A stretch of DNA of 55,720 nucleotides. Source: a virus (taxonomy: Duplodnaviria; Caudoviricetes). Location of the stretch: positions 1 to 55,720 of the IMG/VR virus record IMGVR_UViG_3300037498_000121; one strand, written 5' to 3'. Position numbers and translations under genes: made by a program. Shown here piece by piece: positions 35,903 to 49,100 of this stretch. Position 1 is the stretch's first letter. The number at the start of each line of letters is the position of its first letter. The notes beneath the pieces were generated by a model. That model saw only the letters and a list, made by a program, of their open reading frames with translations, was not told the origin of the DNA and ran no database searches.

Positions 35903-36780
35903 CAGGCAACAACCTCCTCAACCAACAAACTGGCATGGTCCGAATCCGATCGGGTAACGACGTTAATCCGTCCGGTACCTCCGGCAACTTTCCATTGAAC
36001 CTTGACTGTATGTGAAGCTGCCGTCACAGCCATCTTGTAGACAATCACCGCAGATTGGATCTTGGTCTGCGAGTAAAAAGCAAATGCCCGTTTGGCTACC
36101 CCATCGACCATGATTTGGAAGTTGACCAGAAAGTTTCCACTATCGTCCCCGGTAACCGTAGCCTGAATCCTCAAAAAATTGGCCCCGGTGGTCAACGTCG
36201 TAGAAAGCAAATCAACAAAAGTCCCAGAGGTCGTAGTCGTATCGACAGTGAGTTCTACAAACGAACTATGCAATATGTTTTTGGGCAAATTGCCGACTTG
36301 TAATTTCTTCTTGGCATTTCCGGCCGCGCTGTCTTCAATGACCAACAGGTCGGCTGCTACAGGAGTGGTCTTCTCGGTCATGGCCGAAATTTCAGCCGAC
36401 GTGGCCTTGTGAATCGCTGTTACATCTACACCAGCGGGAAGGTTGGTGACTTGAACTTTCTTCTTGGCGTTGCTGGCTTCAGAGTCTTCGATGACAAAAA
36501 CGTCAGCGCCTACAAGCGTGGTCTTTTCGGTCATGGCCGAGATCTCAGCCGGGGTGGCCTTGTGGATTGCCGTGGAATCCGTTGTGCTTCCAAACGGTAC
36601 CCAGGCAATCGGCGACTCGTCTGTCAACACCCAGAAGGTATTGTCATCTAGTTGGCGAGCCAACTTGCCAACGTCACTGGCAACGAATCCAGTAGCGTTT
36701 CCACGTGCCGTAGCGTCTGCGTAGGACCACTGGTACGGGATGTGAATGTCGCCAATGGCGAGAGATTTGTGCAAAGCCAT
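35902..36780 (-). CDS. Fibre-like structural protein with an internal tandem duplication
   Basis: Two copies of TAIHKATxAEISAMTEKTT...VIEDS...AKKKxQVxNLP; C-terminal beta-sandwich ending HTVKVQWK...LLVEEV. Confidence 0.75.
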   Translation of the reverse strand: MALHKSLAIGDIHIPYQWSYADATARGNATGFVASDVGKLARQLDDNTFWVLTDESPIAWVPFGSTTDSTAIHKATPAEISAMTEKTTLVGADVFVIEDSEASNAKKKVQVTNLPAGVDVTAIHKATSAEISAMTEKTTPVAADLLVIEDSAAGNAKKKLQVGNLPKNILHSSFVELTVDTTTTSGTFVDLLSTTLTTGANFLRIQATVTGDDSGNFLVNFQIMVDGVAKRAFAFYSQTKIQSAVIVYKMAVTAASHTVKVQWKVAGGTGRINVVTRSDSDHASLLVEEVVA

Positions 36781-36782
36781 GT

Positions 36783-37106
36783 TCAAGTCCTCATGACAAT
36801 CGACTCGTCGTTAGCGAATACGAACCAACCAGCCGTATCGAAAATGCAATCGTTGATGTCGAATCCCCCCGAGACCAACTCAGAAAGCGTATACGTTCCC
36901 GCCACCGGATCAGACAACACCAGGCTGTCATCCACATCTCGTTCCACGAAAACCGTGGTGTCGTCCGATATCTCATTCTGGACGGTGATTCCCCGCCCAT
37001 CGTAGTAGTCTTCATTGGGATCTGCAGCGGTAGGCAGGTAGTCCAGTTCCGTTCCGCCCGTAGCAGGGTCCTCGTACTTGAGTGGGTGGACGCGGTCTTT
37101 GGCCAT
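36783..37106 (-). CDS. Small acidic structural-region protein, 107 aa
   Basis: Clean ORF within the operon. Confidence 0.7.
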   Translation of the reverse strand: MAKDRVHPLKYEDPATGGTELDYLPTAADPNEDYYDGRGITVQNEISDDTTVFVERDVDDSLVLSDPVAGTYTLSELVSGGFDINDCIFDTAGWFVFANDESIVMRT

Positions 37107-37131
37107 TGCTCACCCTAACCTAGCAGGAAGC

Positions 37132-40100
37132 CTATTTCACTTCAAATTTCACCCACTGTACCCGGCAGGTATAGGGGTTATCGGCCTGGTCGCGGCCGAT
37201 CCACAGGAAGGTATCCTGCAAATCGCATTCGGCTGAACCCGTTTTTCCGGTCCAGAAAAATCCTACGTCCGTCAAGTTCACCATGGCGCTAGAGTTCTCC
37301 AGATTTTCCAGATCCAGGCTGAGGCGGTACTCATGCGACTGGTTGAACAGCACCGGATTCGGTGTTGAGACCGCCTTGTGAAGCGCACTCGCGTTATCGT
37401 AGAAGCTCAAGCTGATGGTCCCGTCTGCCAAGATCGCTACCGTCAAGCGGTTCCGGGTGGCGTTGGCCGTTCCAGAATTCCCGCCAATCTCGAAGAGCAC
37501 TGCGTACTCCGCTGTCTCCGAGGACTGGAACGGGACCTTGGCCTTGACCCGGATCTGGATGCTCTTGGCATTGGCGCTGCCACCAATGCGGATCGGCAGC
37601 AGCCCGTCATCCTTGGCCGCCGTGCACATGTTCTGGTGTTCGGTTGGGGTCAGGACCACACCCTTGAGGAAGATCACCTTGTGGAGCTTCCCGTTGAACG
37701 GCCGCACACCGTCCGCGTCGTTGGCGATGACCACGTCCTCTGCGTTCTGGGCGAGGGGGCCGACGGCCGCGTTGTTCACGCCCGGGGCGTTCAGGTCCAG
37801 GTAGGTCCGCATCTTCGAGGTCCCGTTGGTCAGGAACTCGTAAGTCGTTGTAAGGAGTTGCATTTTGTTCGGAGTTACCGAGTTGGTCGGAGACCAGCAG
37901 CTCGAACCCATCTCCGGGCTGACTGTGGCGATTGACATCCCGGCCTTCTTGCTGGCGGTGAGCCCGGCGAACCACCCGCACTGGTTGTCCCCATCGTTGG
38001 TCTTGCCGATGAGCGCCTCGTCCCCTATAGGGGCATCGTGTGCGGTGAAGAGAGCCACCACGCTGAAGTTGTGGTTGATGGCATCCGTCTCGACCAAGGA
38101 CGAGATCGCGTGCCCTATACGGTACTTCCCGCCCTCGTCCTGGCCGGCGAGGAAGACGTCGAACATCTCCGGGGATCCGCCGCGGCTGACCAGCGCAGCC
38201 GATTGCACAGCGTTGGAATCGAACATCCCCGGTCCGTTGGCCCGGATGAAGGGCACAGCCCCGGATCCAAAGCGCGCCCAGACGACTCCGTCGCTCGAAG
38301 TCGCCATCCCGACCTGGGCCGGGAGCCCGGCGGCGGGGTACCCGGTGTACAGCATAACGTACAGGGAACCATGTTTGACCACAGAGTTGACCCGGATCTC
38401 CTTGGCGTCCCAGGCCCCGGTCTCGCCCAGGTCCAGAACGGCGTTTCCAGAATTCTGCTTGGTCCAAGCAATCCCGTCGGAACTCGTAGCGTACCCGATC
38501 CGATGCACCGTCCCATCGTTTCCAGAAAACCACATCTTGTAGGTGACGTCGTCTTTGATGACCGCGCTGCCGTAGTGGCCGACATCATCGAACTTGCCAC
38601 TATCACCCAAGACAAGGACTGGGAGCCCAGCATTCTGCTTGATCCAGTTGATGCTGTCAGCACTTGTGGCATAGGCAATGCGATAAAATTCACCATCAAA
38701 CGCGGTGTACCAGCTCTTGTAGACGCCACCGTCCTTGATGACGCTCGGTGCGTAGATCCCGTCACTATCGCAGCCGCCGCTGGTGCCGATGTCGATAATC
38801 GGGTCGCCGGAATTGTGTCGATCCAATCCAGCGCCCACCGCGTAGCCGATGCGACCGTTGACGCCGTCGTTTCCGCCGTACCAGAGCTTGAAGGCACCGT
38901 CGTCTTCGAGCAGAGCTGCCCCAGTTCCAGAAGTCAGATAGCGATCAAACTTACCAGACAACCCAAAGCTGAATACCGCGTCGCCAGAGTTTTGTTTCGT
39001 CCAGGCAATGCCATTGGGGCTAGTGGCGTAACCCATGTTGAACACCGAGCCATTGAACCCGATGTAAAGCATCTTGTAGCTGGCCCCGTCGTAAAGAATT
39101 CCAGAAACGAAAACCTGGCTGCTGTCGAACTTGCCACCGGCGCCAACAGTCACGACTGGGTCGCCAGAGTTCTGCTTGACCCAGGTAATGCCGTCAGAGC
39201 TTGTCGCGTACCCTACTTGATTGTTGGTTCCGTTGCTCCCGGAATACCACATCTTGTAAGTGGCCCCGTCTTTGATGACCTGCGGGCAGTAGACGCTGAC
39301 CGAATCGAACTTGCCCTCGGCGCCCTGGGCGAGGACAGCGTTCCCAGAGTTTTGCTTGGTCCAGACAATCCCGTCGTCTGAAGTCGCGTAGCCAATGGTC
39401 CAATCGGTTCCAGCAGCGTAACCGGCGTACCACATCCGGTAGGTAAGTCCGTCCTTCATGACGTACGGATACGCTGCTTCGCCAGCGTCGAACTTGCCAA
39501 GCGTCGGACTGAGCACAGCGGCACCGTAGGTGGCCCAGGCAAGACCATCTTCTGAACTCGCGTAGCCTATCTGCCGACCACCACCAGAGTCGCCCGCGTA
39601 CCACATCTTCAAGTAGCCGCCGTCTCGAACGATGGATGGGCAAAGGACATTGGAAGTATCGAAGCGCGCCTGGGACTCGATGACCGCGTTGCCACTATTC
39701 TGGCGGGCCGGTCCAATCGCTTGGGCATAACCAATCCGGTGATTGGTCCCATCGGACCCACCGTACCAAATCTTGTAAACACCGTTGTCGTTAATTACGC
39801 ATAGGCCACACAGCCAAATTAATGCTTGATTTGATGAACGGTCAAAATTGGTGGTTCCGTAGAAACGAAGAACAGGATCTTCATTGTGTTGCCTTGTCCA
39901 AGTGATGCCATCCGAGGACGTAGCGTAACCCCACGAAGTGGTACTTCCGTTCACTCCAGAATAAATCATCTTGTAAATAGAGTCCTCTTTGATCACAAAG
40001 GGACTCTGTACGTGTGAATAGTCAAATTTACCCAATGCGCCTGTTATCAAAACTGGATTACCTGAATTCTGCTTTGTCCAAGAAATTCCATCGCTGGACG

Positions 40101-43100
40101 TTGCATACCCGAGTTGTAGAATTGATCCATTATGGCCGGAATACCACATTCTAAACGTAGCACCGTCCTTGATAACCCAAGCCATGTATACACGAGCACT
40201 GTCAAACTTGGCCGGTGTTACTGTAAGTACCGGTGTCGTCCCGTTTGGGTACGTCCAATTTACCCCATCCGATGATATAGCATACCCAATTTTGTAGTGC
40301 CCAGAAGCATCAATGGCCGTATACCACATTCGGAATACATCGCCATCCTTGAGTACGCATGGTTGCCATACGAAAGTTGAATCGAATTGTCCAGCTCGAA
40401 CATCTAGCACACATCCGCGGGTTCCGTTTCCCCTCTGATTCACCCATGTTATTCCATCCACCGACGTTGCATACCCAATTGCCCAATAATCCACATCGTT
40501 ATACCCGGTGTACCACATTTTATAGATGTTGCCGTCTTTGATTACACTGGGTGCGGCTACGTGCGTAGCATCGAACGCCGCTGCCGCCACAATCGACAGA
40601 ACGGCATTGGCCGAATTCTGCCGGACCATGTTGTCAATCGCCGCTAGCCCGATGCGAGTCATCAAAGTTCCATCCAAGGTCTGGCCAACATACCACATCC
40701 TGAAGTAGAACCCTTCTTGAACTACCGCCGGGCGAGATACGTTCTTCTCGTCAAACTTGGTGGATGCACCGACGGTCATGGTGTAATTGCCACTGTTCTG
40801 TCTCACCCAAGTTATGCCGTCAGCCGAGTAGGCATAGCCAATCTTGGTCGTCGTGGCAAGCAGACCCTCGTAAACCATGTAGTAACGCGAGTCGATCTTG
40901 AAGACACTGCAACTGAGAACACCCGCTGCGTCAAACATCCCTCCGGCCCCAACGTCCAGAACAGCATTGCCACCGTTCTGCTTCACCCAGGTAATGCCGT
41001 CGCTGGATGTCGCGTAGCCGATCCTCTTGATGCCATCAGAGACCTTTGTCCCTGTGTACCACATCTTCCAGGTCGAGCCGTCTTTGATGACCCAGGGATT
41101 GGTCACATGCTGGTCGTCGAATTTGCCACTGGCACCAATTGTCAGAACTGCGTTGCTCGAATTCTGTCTGGTCCATGTCGTCCCGTTGGTTGAAGTTGCG
41201 TAGCCCAGCGCCCAGACTGTGCCGTTGTACCCCGCGTACCACATGCGATAGGTACCGGCGTCGTTAACTACGCAGGGATCGCTGACTTGGATCTGGTCGA
41301 ATTCGCCACCAGCACCAACAGTCAGAACTGGAGCCCCACTGCTTTGTTTGGTCCAAGCGATGCCATCGGTCGAGATCGCGTATCCAATCTTGAAAGTATT
41401 CCGAGCAGCTGTTGTGCATCCGGCGTACCACATCCGGTATGTAGTTCCATCGACCAGAACCGTCGGCGATGCTATGCTGAAGCCATCGAACTTACCGGCG
41501 GGACCTTTATCAATTACTGGACTGTTTTGTAGGGTGCCATAAACGGAGGATAGCATCCCCATCGCCCAAATGGTTCCGTTGTATCCACCGTAAAAACCTA
41601 CATACCTGCTACCATTGTGCACAACACTTAACCCAAGAAGACCAGCTGAATCAAATTTACCAGCAGTCACCGTAGCAATTGGATTGTATGTACTCCTGGT
41701 GAAACTAACCATATCAGACGCATGCGCTGACCCAATACTCCAAGTAGACGCACTCATTCCACCATAAAACAATACACATTCGGTTCCTTCCAAGATAGCA
41801 CGCGGTGCTGTAACGTGTAAGCTGTCCCACCCAGCCCCTGCAGGAAGTACTTGCCCATACTTTGTCCATGCCGAAGCTAAATTATTCGTATAGGCAAGTC
41901 CGATAGTCCAAATAGTGCCATTGTGGCCAGAATAGTACATGTAGTAATAACCATTCGGATGGTACACTACACTAGGCCCAGTTACATGGAGCGACTCCCA
42001 AGTCGCAGCCACTCTTGCAATAATGGCATTACCGGAATTCTGCCTGGTCCAATTTATTCCATTCGTAGACGTTGCGTAGCCAATACCGGCATAGTTGGCG
42101 CCATCCCATCCTGTGTAAAACATATAGTACGTGCCAGCGACGTTGATGACACATGGTGTATACACCCCCGCATCATCGAATTTACCAGCTGCCCCAAAAC
42201 CTAAAACGGCGTTTCCAGAATTCTGCTTGGTCCAGGTGATCCCATCAGTCGAGGTCGCATACCCGATTCGATAGCCGGTTCCTTCGTACCCAGCGTACCA
42301 CATCTTATAAGTTCCAGCTTCATACAAGACGGAAGGGTAAAGTACATAGGTTGCATCAAACTTGCCTGCTGTACCAACCATAACAGCGTTTCCGCTGTTC
42401 TCTTTGCAGAACCCCAATGGCTGCAGACCGCTTACAAAATTCTTTCCGAGAATGAAGTACTCAATTATAGTAGAATTAACATTCCAACATTTGTACACAG
42501 TTCCATCCAACATCAACTGCCCAGCCCACCGCACAGAGCCGTTATCGAAACAGGACCCATTTACTACTGGACCGTGTTTGACCCAAGTAATACCATCGGC
42601 AGAGGTAGCGTAACCAATACGGTACTCTCCATATCCAGTATAAATCATACGGTAGACTGTACCCAATATTGTATCCTTGATTACCGACGGACAGACCAAC
42701 CCACCAACATCAAACTTTCCAGCGGCACCTACGTTTACTACAGCATTACCACTGTTCTGTCTCGTCCACGTATCACCGTCAGTAGATGTCGCGTAACCAA
42801 TACGGTATATATTGTCACTTGTCTTATACCCCACATACCACATTTTATACGTTGCACCATCTAAAATGACACTCGCATCGCCAACAAACAAATCATCAAA
42901 TTTTCCCGCGACCCCAGCTTGCAAAACGGCATTACCTGAATTTTGACGTGTCCAAACAATTCCATCAGGTGATGTTGCATGACCAATAGCGGAATTTCCA
43001 GAACCATCTCCTGTGTACCACATATGGTATGTAGCACCATTTTTGATAACACTGGGTTTCGTAACATGATCAGCGTCAAACTTGCCGGCTACGCCATTAT

Positions 43101-46100
43101 AAAGTACCGGGCAACCATTGACCTGTTTTGTCCACGTAACCCCATCTGTAGAAGTTGCATAACAAATTAGGTATTTAGCACTACCACCATACGGAGTTCC
43201 GTACGCATGATACCAAGCCTTATAGATGCTGCCATCTTTGATGATACTTGGTCTGCCTAAAAGAGTGGTGTCGTACCCACTCGCCCCAAGATCGAGTACC
43301 TGGTTGCTACTGTTCTGCCTGGCCCACGCCGTCAAGGCATTATCGTCGAACAGCGCCATGCCCACGGCCTTGGTCGCATCGGACTTGATTCCCGCATACC
43401 AGAGCTTGTAGTCGGCCCCTTCCTGAATCAGGCAACTCTCTCCGATCTGAGTATCGTCGAACTTGCCCGCAGTCCCGAGACCGAGCACGCGGGTGTTGGT
43501 CAGAACCTTGGTGCAGGTGCTCAGGTCCGTTGTCGCGAATCCAAGACGACCGGTTCCACCTGCGTCGACCCCTGTATAGACCATCTTGTAGGCCACCGTC
43601 GCCGGTGGGAAATCGGCGTAGATGAGCCCGATTCGATAGACCGCGTCGCCTTCATCGCCGGTGTACCAGATTCGCATCTGGGCTCCGAAGACGACAGGAG
43701 CGACGTTCGCGATGCCAACATCGTCGAACTGACCAGAGCTTCCGAGAATAATCACTGCGTCGCCGCTGTTCTGCCGGGTCCAGGTGATCCCGTCGGTCGA
43801 GATGGCGTACCCAACCCGAGAGACGTTGGAGGCATCCACCCCTGTGTAGAACATGTGATACGTGCTGCCGATCAGAGAAACCCTGGGATTGGTCACGTAC
43901 TTGGCGTCGAATTTTCCACCTGCTCCAACTGCCAAGACGGCGTCACCACTGTTTTGGCGAGTCCAGGTAATACCGTCAGATGACGTCGCGTATCCGATGG
44001 TCTTGTGATCCGAACCGTCGTCTCCGAAGTACCACATCCGATAGGTCGCACCGTCTTTGATGACACAGGGGCTAAGCACGCCGGCGGCATCGAACTTGTC
44101 ACCAGCGCCCAAGCCCAGTACAGCGTTTCCAGAATTCTGGCGAGTCCAGGTCAAACAATCTGTCGAAGTCGCGTATCCGATCCTCCAAAGACCGTCTGCA
44201 ACCGATTTACCGCCGTACCACATCTTGTAAGTGGCGCCGTCTTTGATGATCGACGGCAACGAAACTTGAGCATCGTCAAACTTGGTGCTCTCACCAACAG
44301 TGAGAACTGGGTCGCCAGAGTTTTGCCTGGTCCAGGTGAGACCGTCCGTGCTGGTAGCGTATCCAATCTTATAGTCGTTCTGGGCAATGCTATGGCAACC
44401 CGAATACCACATACGATAAGTCATGTCATAGAGCACTGCCCCAACGATGGTGCTGAACGCGTCGAACTTGGCCACTGTACCTAAGCTCAAGACAGGATTT
44501 CCAGAATTCTGGCGGACCCCACCGACGACCATGGCGTGCCCGATGGCATTGACCAACGAGACGTTTGTTCCACAGTACCAGATGCGATACGTGTTACCGA
44601 CCTGAACCGTACAGACCTGGTGAGCATTTGTTACGTCGAACTTGCCAGCCCCGCCGATGGTCAGAATCGGATTCCCGGCGTCTTTCGTCCAATTGATACC
44701 GTCTGACGAAGTGGCAAAACCAACTTTGGCATTTGTTCCGTCACTGCCCGTGTACCACATTCCGTACTGCGCTGCCCCAGCGAATACAACGTGAGAAGCG
44801 TAGACATTCGTCGCCTCCCATCCGGTACCAACCGAGAGAACAGCATCTCCATTGCTCTGTTTGGTCCAGGTAGTCCCATTGGTCGAGGTTGCGTAGCCAA
44901 TGCGGTAGGCAGCCCCACTGATCCCCGTGTACCACATCCTCCATGAATTTGTAGATGTGTCGCGGATTACTCGTGGATACAGAACTCCAGTTTCATCAAA
45001 CTTGCCACCGACCCCTTTATCAAGAACTGCATTTCCAGAATTCTGTTTGGTCCAGATGAGGCCATCTGTCGAAGTCGCGTAGCCAATTCGCCAAGTACTG
45101 TCCGAGGCCTTCTTGCCGCTGTACCACATGTAATATGTGCTGCTGACTTTGGAAACGCTGGGGCTCGCCAGGTCAGCGTCGTCAAACTTGCCCGACGCAC
45201 CAGTCTCCAGCACTGGCAAACCTCCGTATCCACGAATCCAGACGATCCCATCGGTCGAAGTCGCATACCCGATATTGCTCTTGGTGCTGTTCGTTCCTTG
45301 GTACCACATCTTGTACGTCGAGCCGTCATAGATGATACTGGGATTCGACACGCCAACTTTGTCGAAACTCTCAGAAGTAAATACGAGAGTGTTCATCAGA
45401 GTCCGGCGTCCAGTCTGTGCACCATCTGACAGTTCCACAGACATGTACAGATACGTTCCGTCGAAACACGGGTAGGTCTGGTGACTTCTGGAGTACCCCA
45501 GATTGTCAAACGGGTCATTTCCCCAACCAACGATAGGTTGGTTCTGATTGCCAACGCCCCAATTCAGCCCATCAAGCGAGATGGCGTAGAAAATACTGTA
45601 ATACCCGTCGATATGAGGCTTCGAATAGAACATGATGAAGTACGTACCATTGTAGTAAACCGACGGGAATCCAGCAGCAGCTCCAAGAATTGTGAACGCG
45701 TTGCCACCATTCCCCCGAGCCCAGGTGATGCCATCTGTCGACGTAGCGTAGCCGATACCGCCAGCACCACCGGTGTACCACATGCGATAATCGCCTGCAG
45801 CTATCCGAAGAACACTTGGGTAGCAGGCTCCGTAGTAGTCGAACGAACCAGAACCGACGGTATCAAATACCGGATTCCCGGCTGTGTAGTCGGTCCAATC
45901 AAGACCACTTCTTCCAGCCCAGCTGCTGCATGTCGCCCGACCTATCCTGTAGTACCCATCGGTTCCCTGTCCGGTGTACCACATCTCGTATTGCGTCGCC
46001 GAGATTCTAACGACGCTGGGAGCGAACTGCTGGGTACACCACGCTCCAAGAGCAAAAATAGGCTGACCGTTGTTCTCGAACTCGATCTCTCCGGCAAGGT

Positions 46101-49100
46101 CTGTGATTCGCCCTACGAGCAATCTTCTTATTGAAGACGAATTGATACCGGCCAGGTAAACCAGACGCATGATGTGCGCCGAATTGGTTGCTTGGTACGG
46201 GACAACACACGCGCTGTCGTGACCGTAGGCCATGGTAACTGAAGTATCGATACCTCGATCCATAACCATGCCGTGTTTGGTCCAAGTCGTACAATTTGTT
46301 GATGTGGCGTACCCAATTCGTGCCTTTTCTGAATCCCATCCAATGTACAGCATATGAAAATACCCGGATGCAAACCAGACTGCAGGGTTGTAAACCCCAG
46401 CATCATCGAACGACCCACCAGCCCCAAGATTCAATACGGCTGCGTTGTAACCACCCACCGTGTACTTACCAAAACTAACGCCATCAGATGAAGTTGCTAA
46501 TCCAATTCTCCAATTCCCATTGTACCCACCGTAAAACATATAGTAAGTACCATTGTACTTTACAACAGAAGCAGATGATATCTCACTGTAATCAAAATTG
46601 TTTGCATTCTGATAACCATTTAAGATTGAGAACGTACTACCACGCGTCCAACTAGTTCCATTCGACGAGTAGAAATAAACAATACTTACTTCAGACCCAT
46701 TATTGCCAGTACCTCGGCACCACATCTTGAAATACCCACCATCTCTAATGACCGATGGCGCAAATTGCCCTATGCCAATGTACGGATCATCGCGGTATGC
46801 TACAGTTGTCACGTAGCTTCCGTTATTAACTCGTGTCCAATTTATCAAATCTGGAGAAGTCGCAGCAATAAAAGCCTTCATCCAATTGGCAGTACTTGGA
46901 TTCCACCACTGCGCTGTAGTAAACATCCACCACAGATTAGTATTTTCATTAAATACTATCGTTGGATGGTTAATTTGATTGTCCCCAGGAATTGAAACAC
47001 CACTGGGAGTTACTCCATAATACCCAACCGGCCCAACCGTAATAAGATGTGAATATGGTCTGGTCAACGTTGAATTCTCAGTCCACGGTTGCCCCAATGG
47101 CCAAGACAGAGCCAAACCACCATATCCAGTTGTCCCGTCGTTTGCACGGTAAGAAACGTAAACTTCACCAGATGGACCAACAGCTGCAGAAATCCAATCA
47201 ATCTGTGTACGATCCCAGGTCTGCGCATGAAACTGGGTAATCAGCGCAGACGTCTTGGACACTGGAGCGATAGCATCGTAGGTGGCACCTTCGTGGTACC
47301 CGATTCGACTACATCCCCCTTTATTAGAACCACCACGCCACGTCTTCCAAATTGTATTACCTGGCGATGAAGTCGTATCAACCAATACAGACGACCCATT
47401 ACCAGTTGGCATCTCCCATACGTTACTGCTACTTATTTCTGCTTCGACTGTCCACGAATTGGGATTTGCCGTTGGGGTCATTCTGTATAAACGTGCCCGG
47501 TATGGAGTACTGTACGTAGCAGCACGAAGCCACATATAGTATGTAGAATTATAGTAAGCAACTGACACCAGAGAAAAATTGGAAAAACCGTACCCGGTTT
47601 GTGTTATCTTCGAATAGACAGGGTTCCCAGAATTCTGTCTCGTCCAGGTAACACCATTGGATGACGTAGCGTGTCCTATCCCATACCAATAAGATCCCTC
47701 ATGGCCGATATAAAACATGTGGAACAACGATCCGTCATGCGTCACTGCAGGATAAACAACATGTATGTCATCAAACTTGCCAGCTGTCCCCACTGACAAA
47801 ACAGCGTTTCCAGAATTCTGCTTGGTCCAAGTTATCCCATCTGTGGACTTGGCGTACCCGATCCGATACAACCCAGTGGCCGAGCACCCAGAGTAAAACA
47901 TGTGCAGTTCACTATTGTAATAGACCACAGACGCTGTATAAGCCTGGGTATCGTCGAACTTGCCTCCAGCGCCAAGAGGGAGAACAGGTGCTCCACCATT
48001 CGCCCGAGTCCAGCGCAATCCATCGGTAGATGTCGCACAGAAGATCCGTGAAACAGAACCATTGCTACCTGTGTACCACATGTAGTAAAGCGAACTGAAT
48101 CCATCTGCGGGTTGGACCACAGATGGCGAACTGACACTCATGTTATCCAGAAATCCATAGACCCCAGAATCAAAAACGATATTGGTGGTCAATTGTCTCG
48201 GCACGCTGCTAAGATACTTCTGGCCACCACTGCCGCTGGCACTGAAAACAGCGTTGCCACTATTCTCTCGCGAAACAATCTCAGGGGTAGTTAGTAGGGC
48301 CGGACCTATCAACGCATACCCAATCTTGTACTGGCCGCCAACGTCCTGGCCGCCGTACCAATATTTGAATGTGTTCGAGTCAAGTAAGAGGCAACCCTGA
48401 TGCACAAACAGGTTGTCAAAGTTCCCGGTCCCAATCCCGAGAATGGCATTGCCACTGTTTTGTTTGACCCAAACGATTCCATCAAGAGAGTTGGCGTAAC
48501 CGTTTCGCCAGTTGGTCCCGTCGAACCCGGCATAGACCATGCGATAGGTCAAGCCGTCTTTGACGACGCCGCCGGGAAGAACGTGGGTAGCGTCGAACTT
48601 GCCGCCGCTCACCAGCAGGACTGCATTGCTGCTGTTTTGCCTGGTCCAAGAGATGCCATCGCTGGACGTGGCATAGCCGACTTGCCAGGTACCAGACGCA
48701 TTCTTGCCGCCATACCACATCCTGAAAGTGCCACTGTCCAGAATCACCTGTGGGTACGAGACCCCAAGGGCATCGAAGTAACCACCAGAGCCAGCACCGA
48801 GAACAGCGTTTCCACTGTTCTGACGAGTCCAGACAATCCCATCCGAGGACGTCGCGTAACCAATAGTCCAAACACCAGACCCGGCATCGCCCGCGTACCA
48901 CATGCGATACGTAGCTCCGTCCTTCAGGACCGATCCGTACGCTGCTTGGGCATCGTCGAACTTGCCGCCGGCGCCATAGGCCAGAACTGGATTTCCAGAA
49001 TTTTGCTTGGTCCAGGTAATGCCATCGGAGGACGTTGCGTAACCGATCCGGCCGCTCGACTCGGCATCGGTTCCGGTGTACCACATCTTGTAGGTCGCAC

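Noticed and set aside
38445-49000. Octamer enrichment as a by-product of the NSGN peptide repeat
   Set aside because: Only about 7 of the 64 copies fall in NSGN codons, many NSGN repeats use other codons, and 49 copies lie outside this gene.
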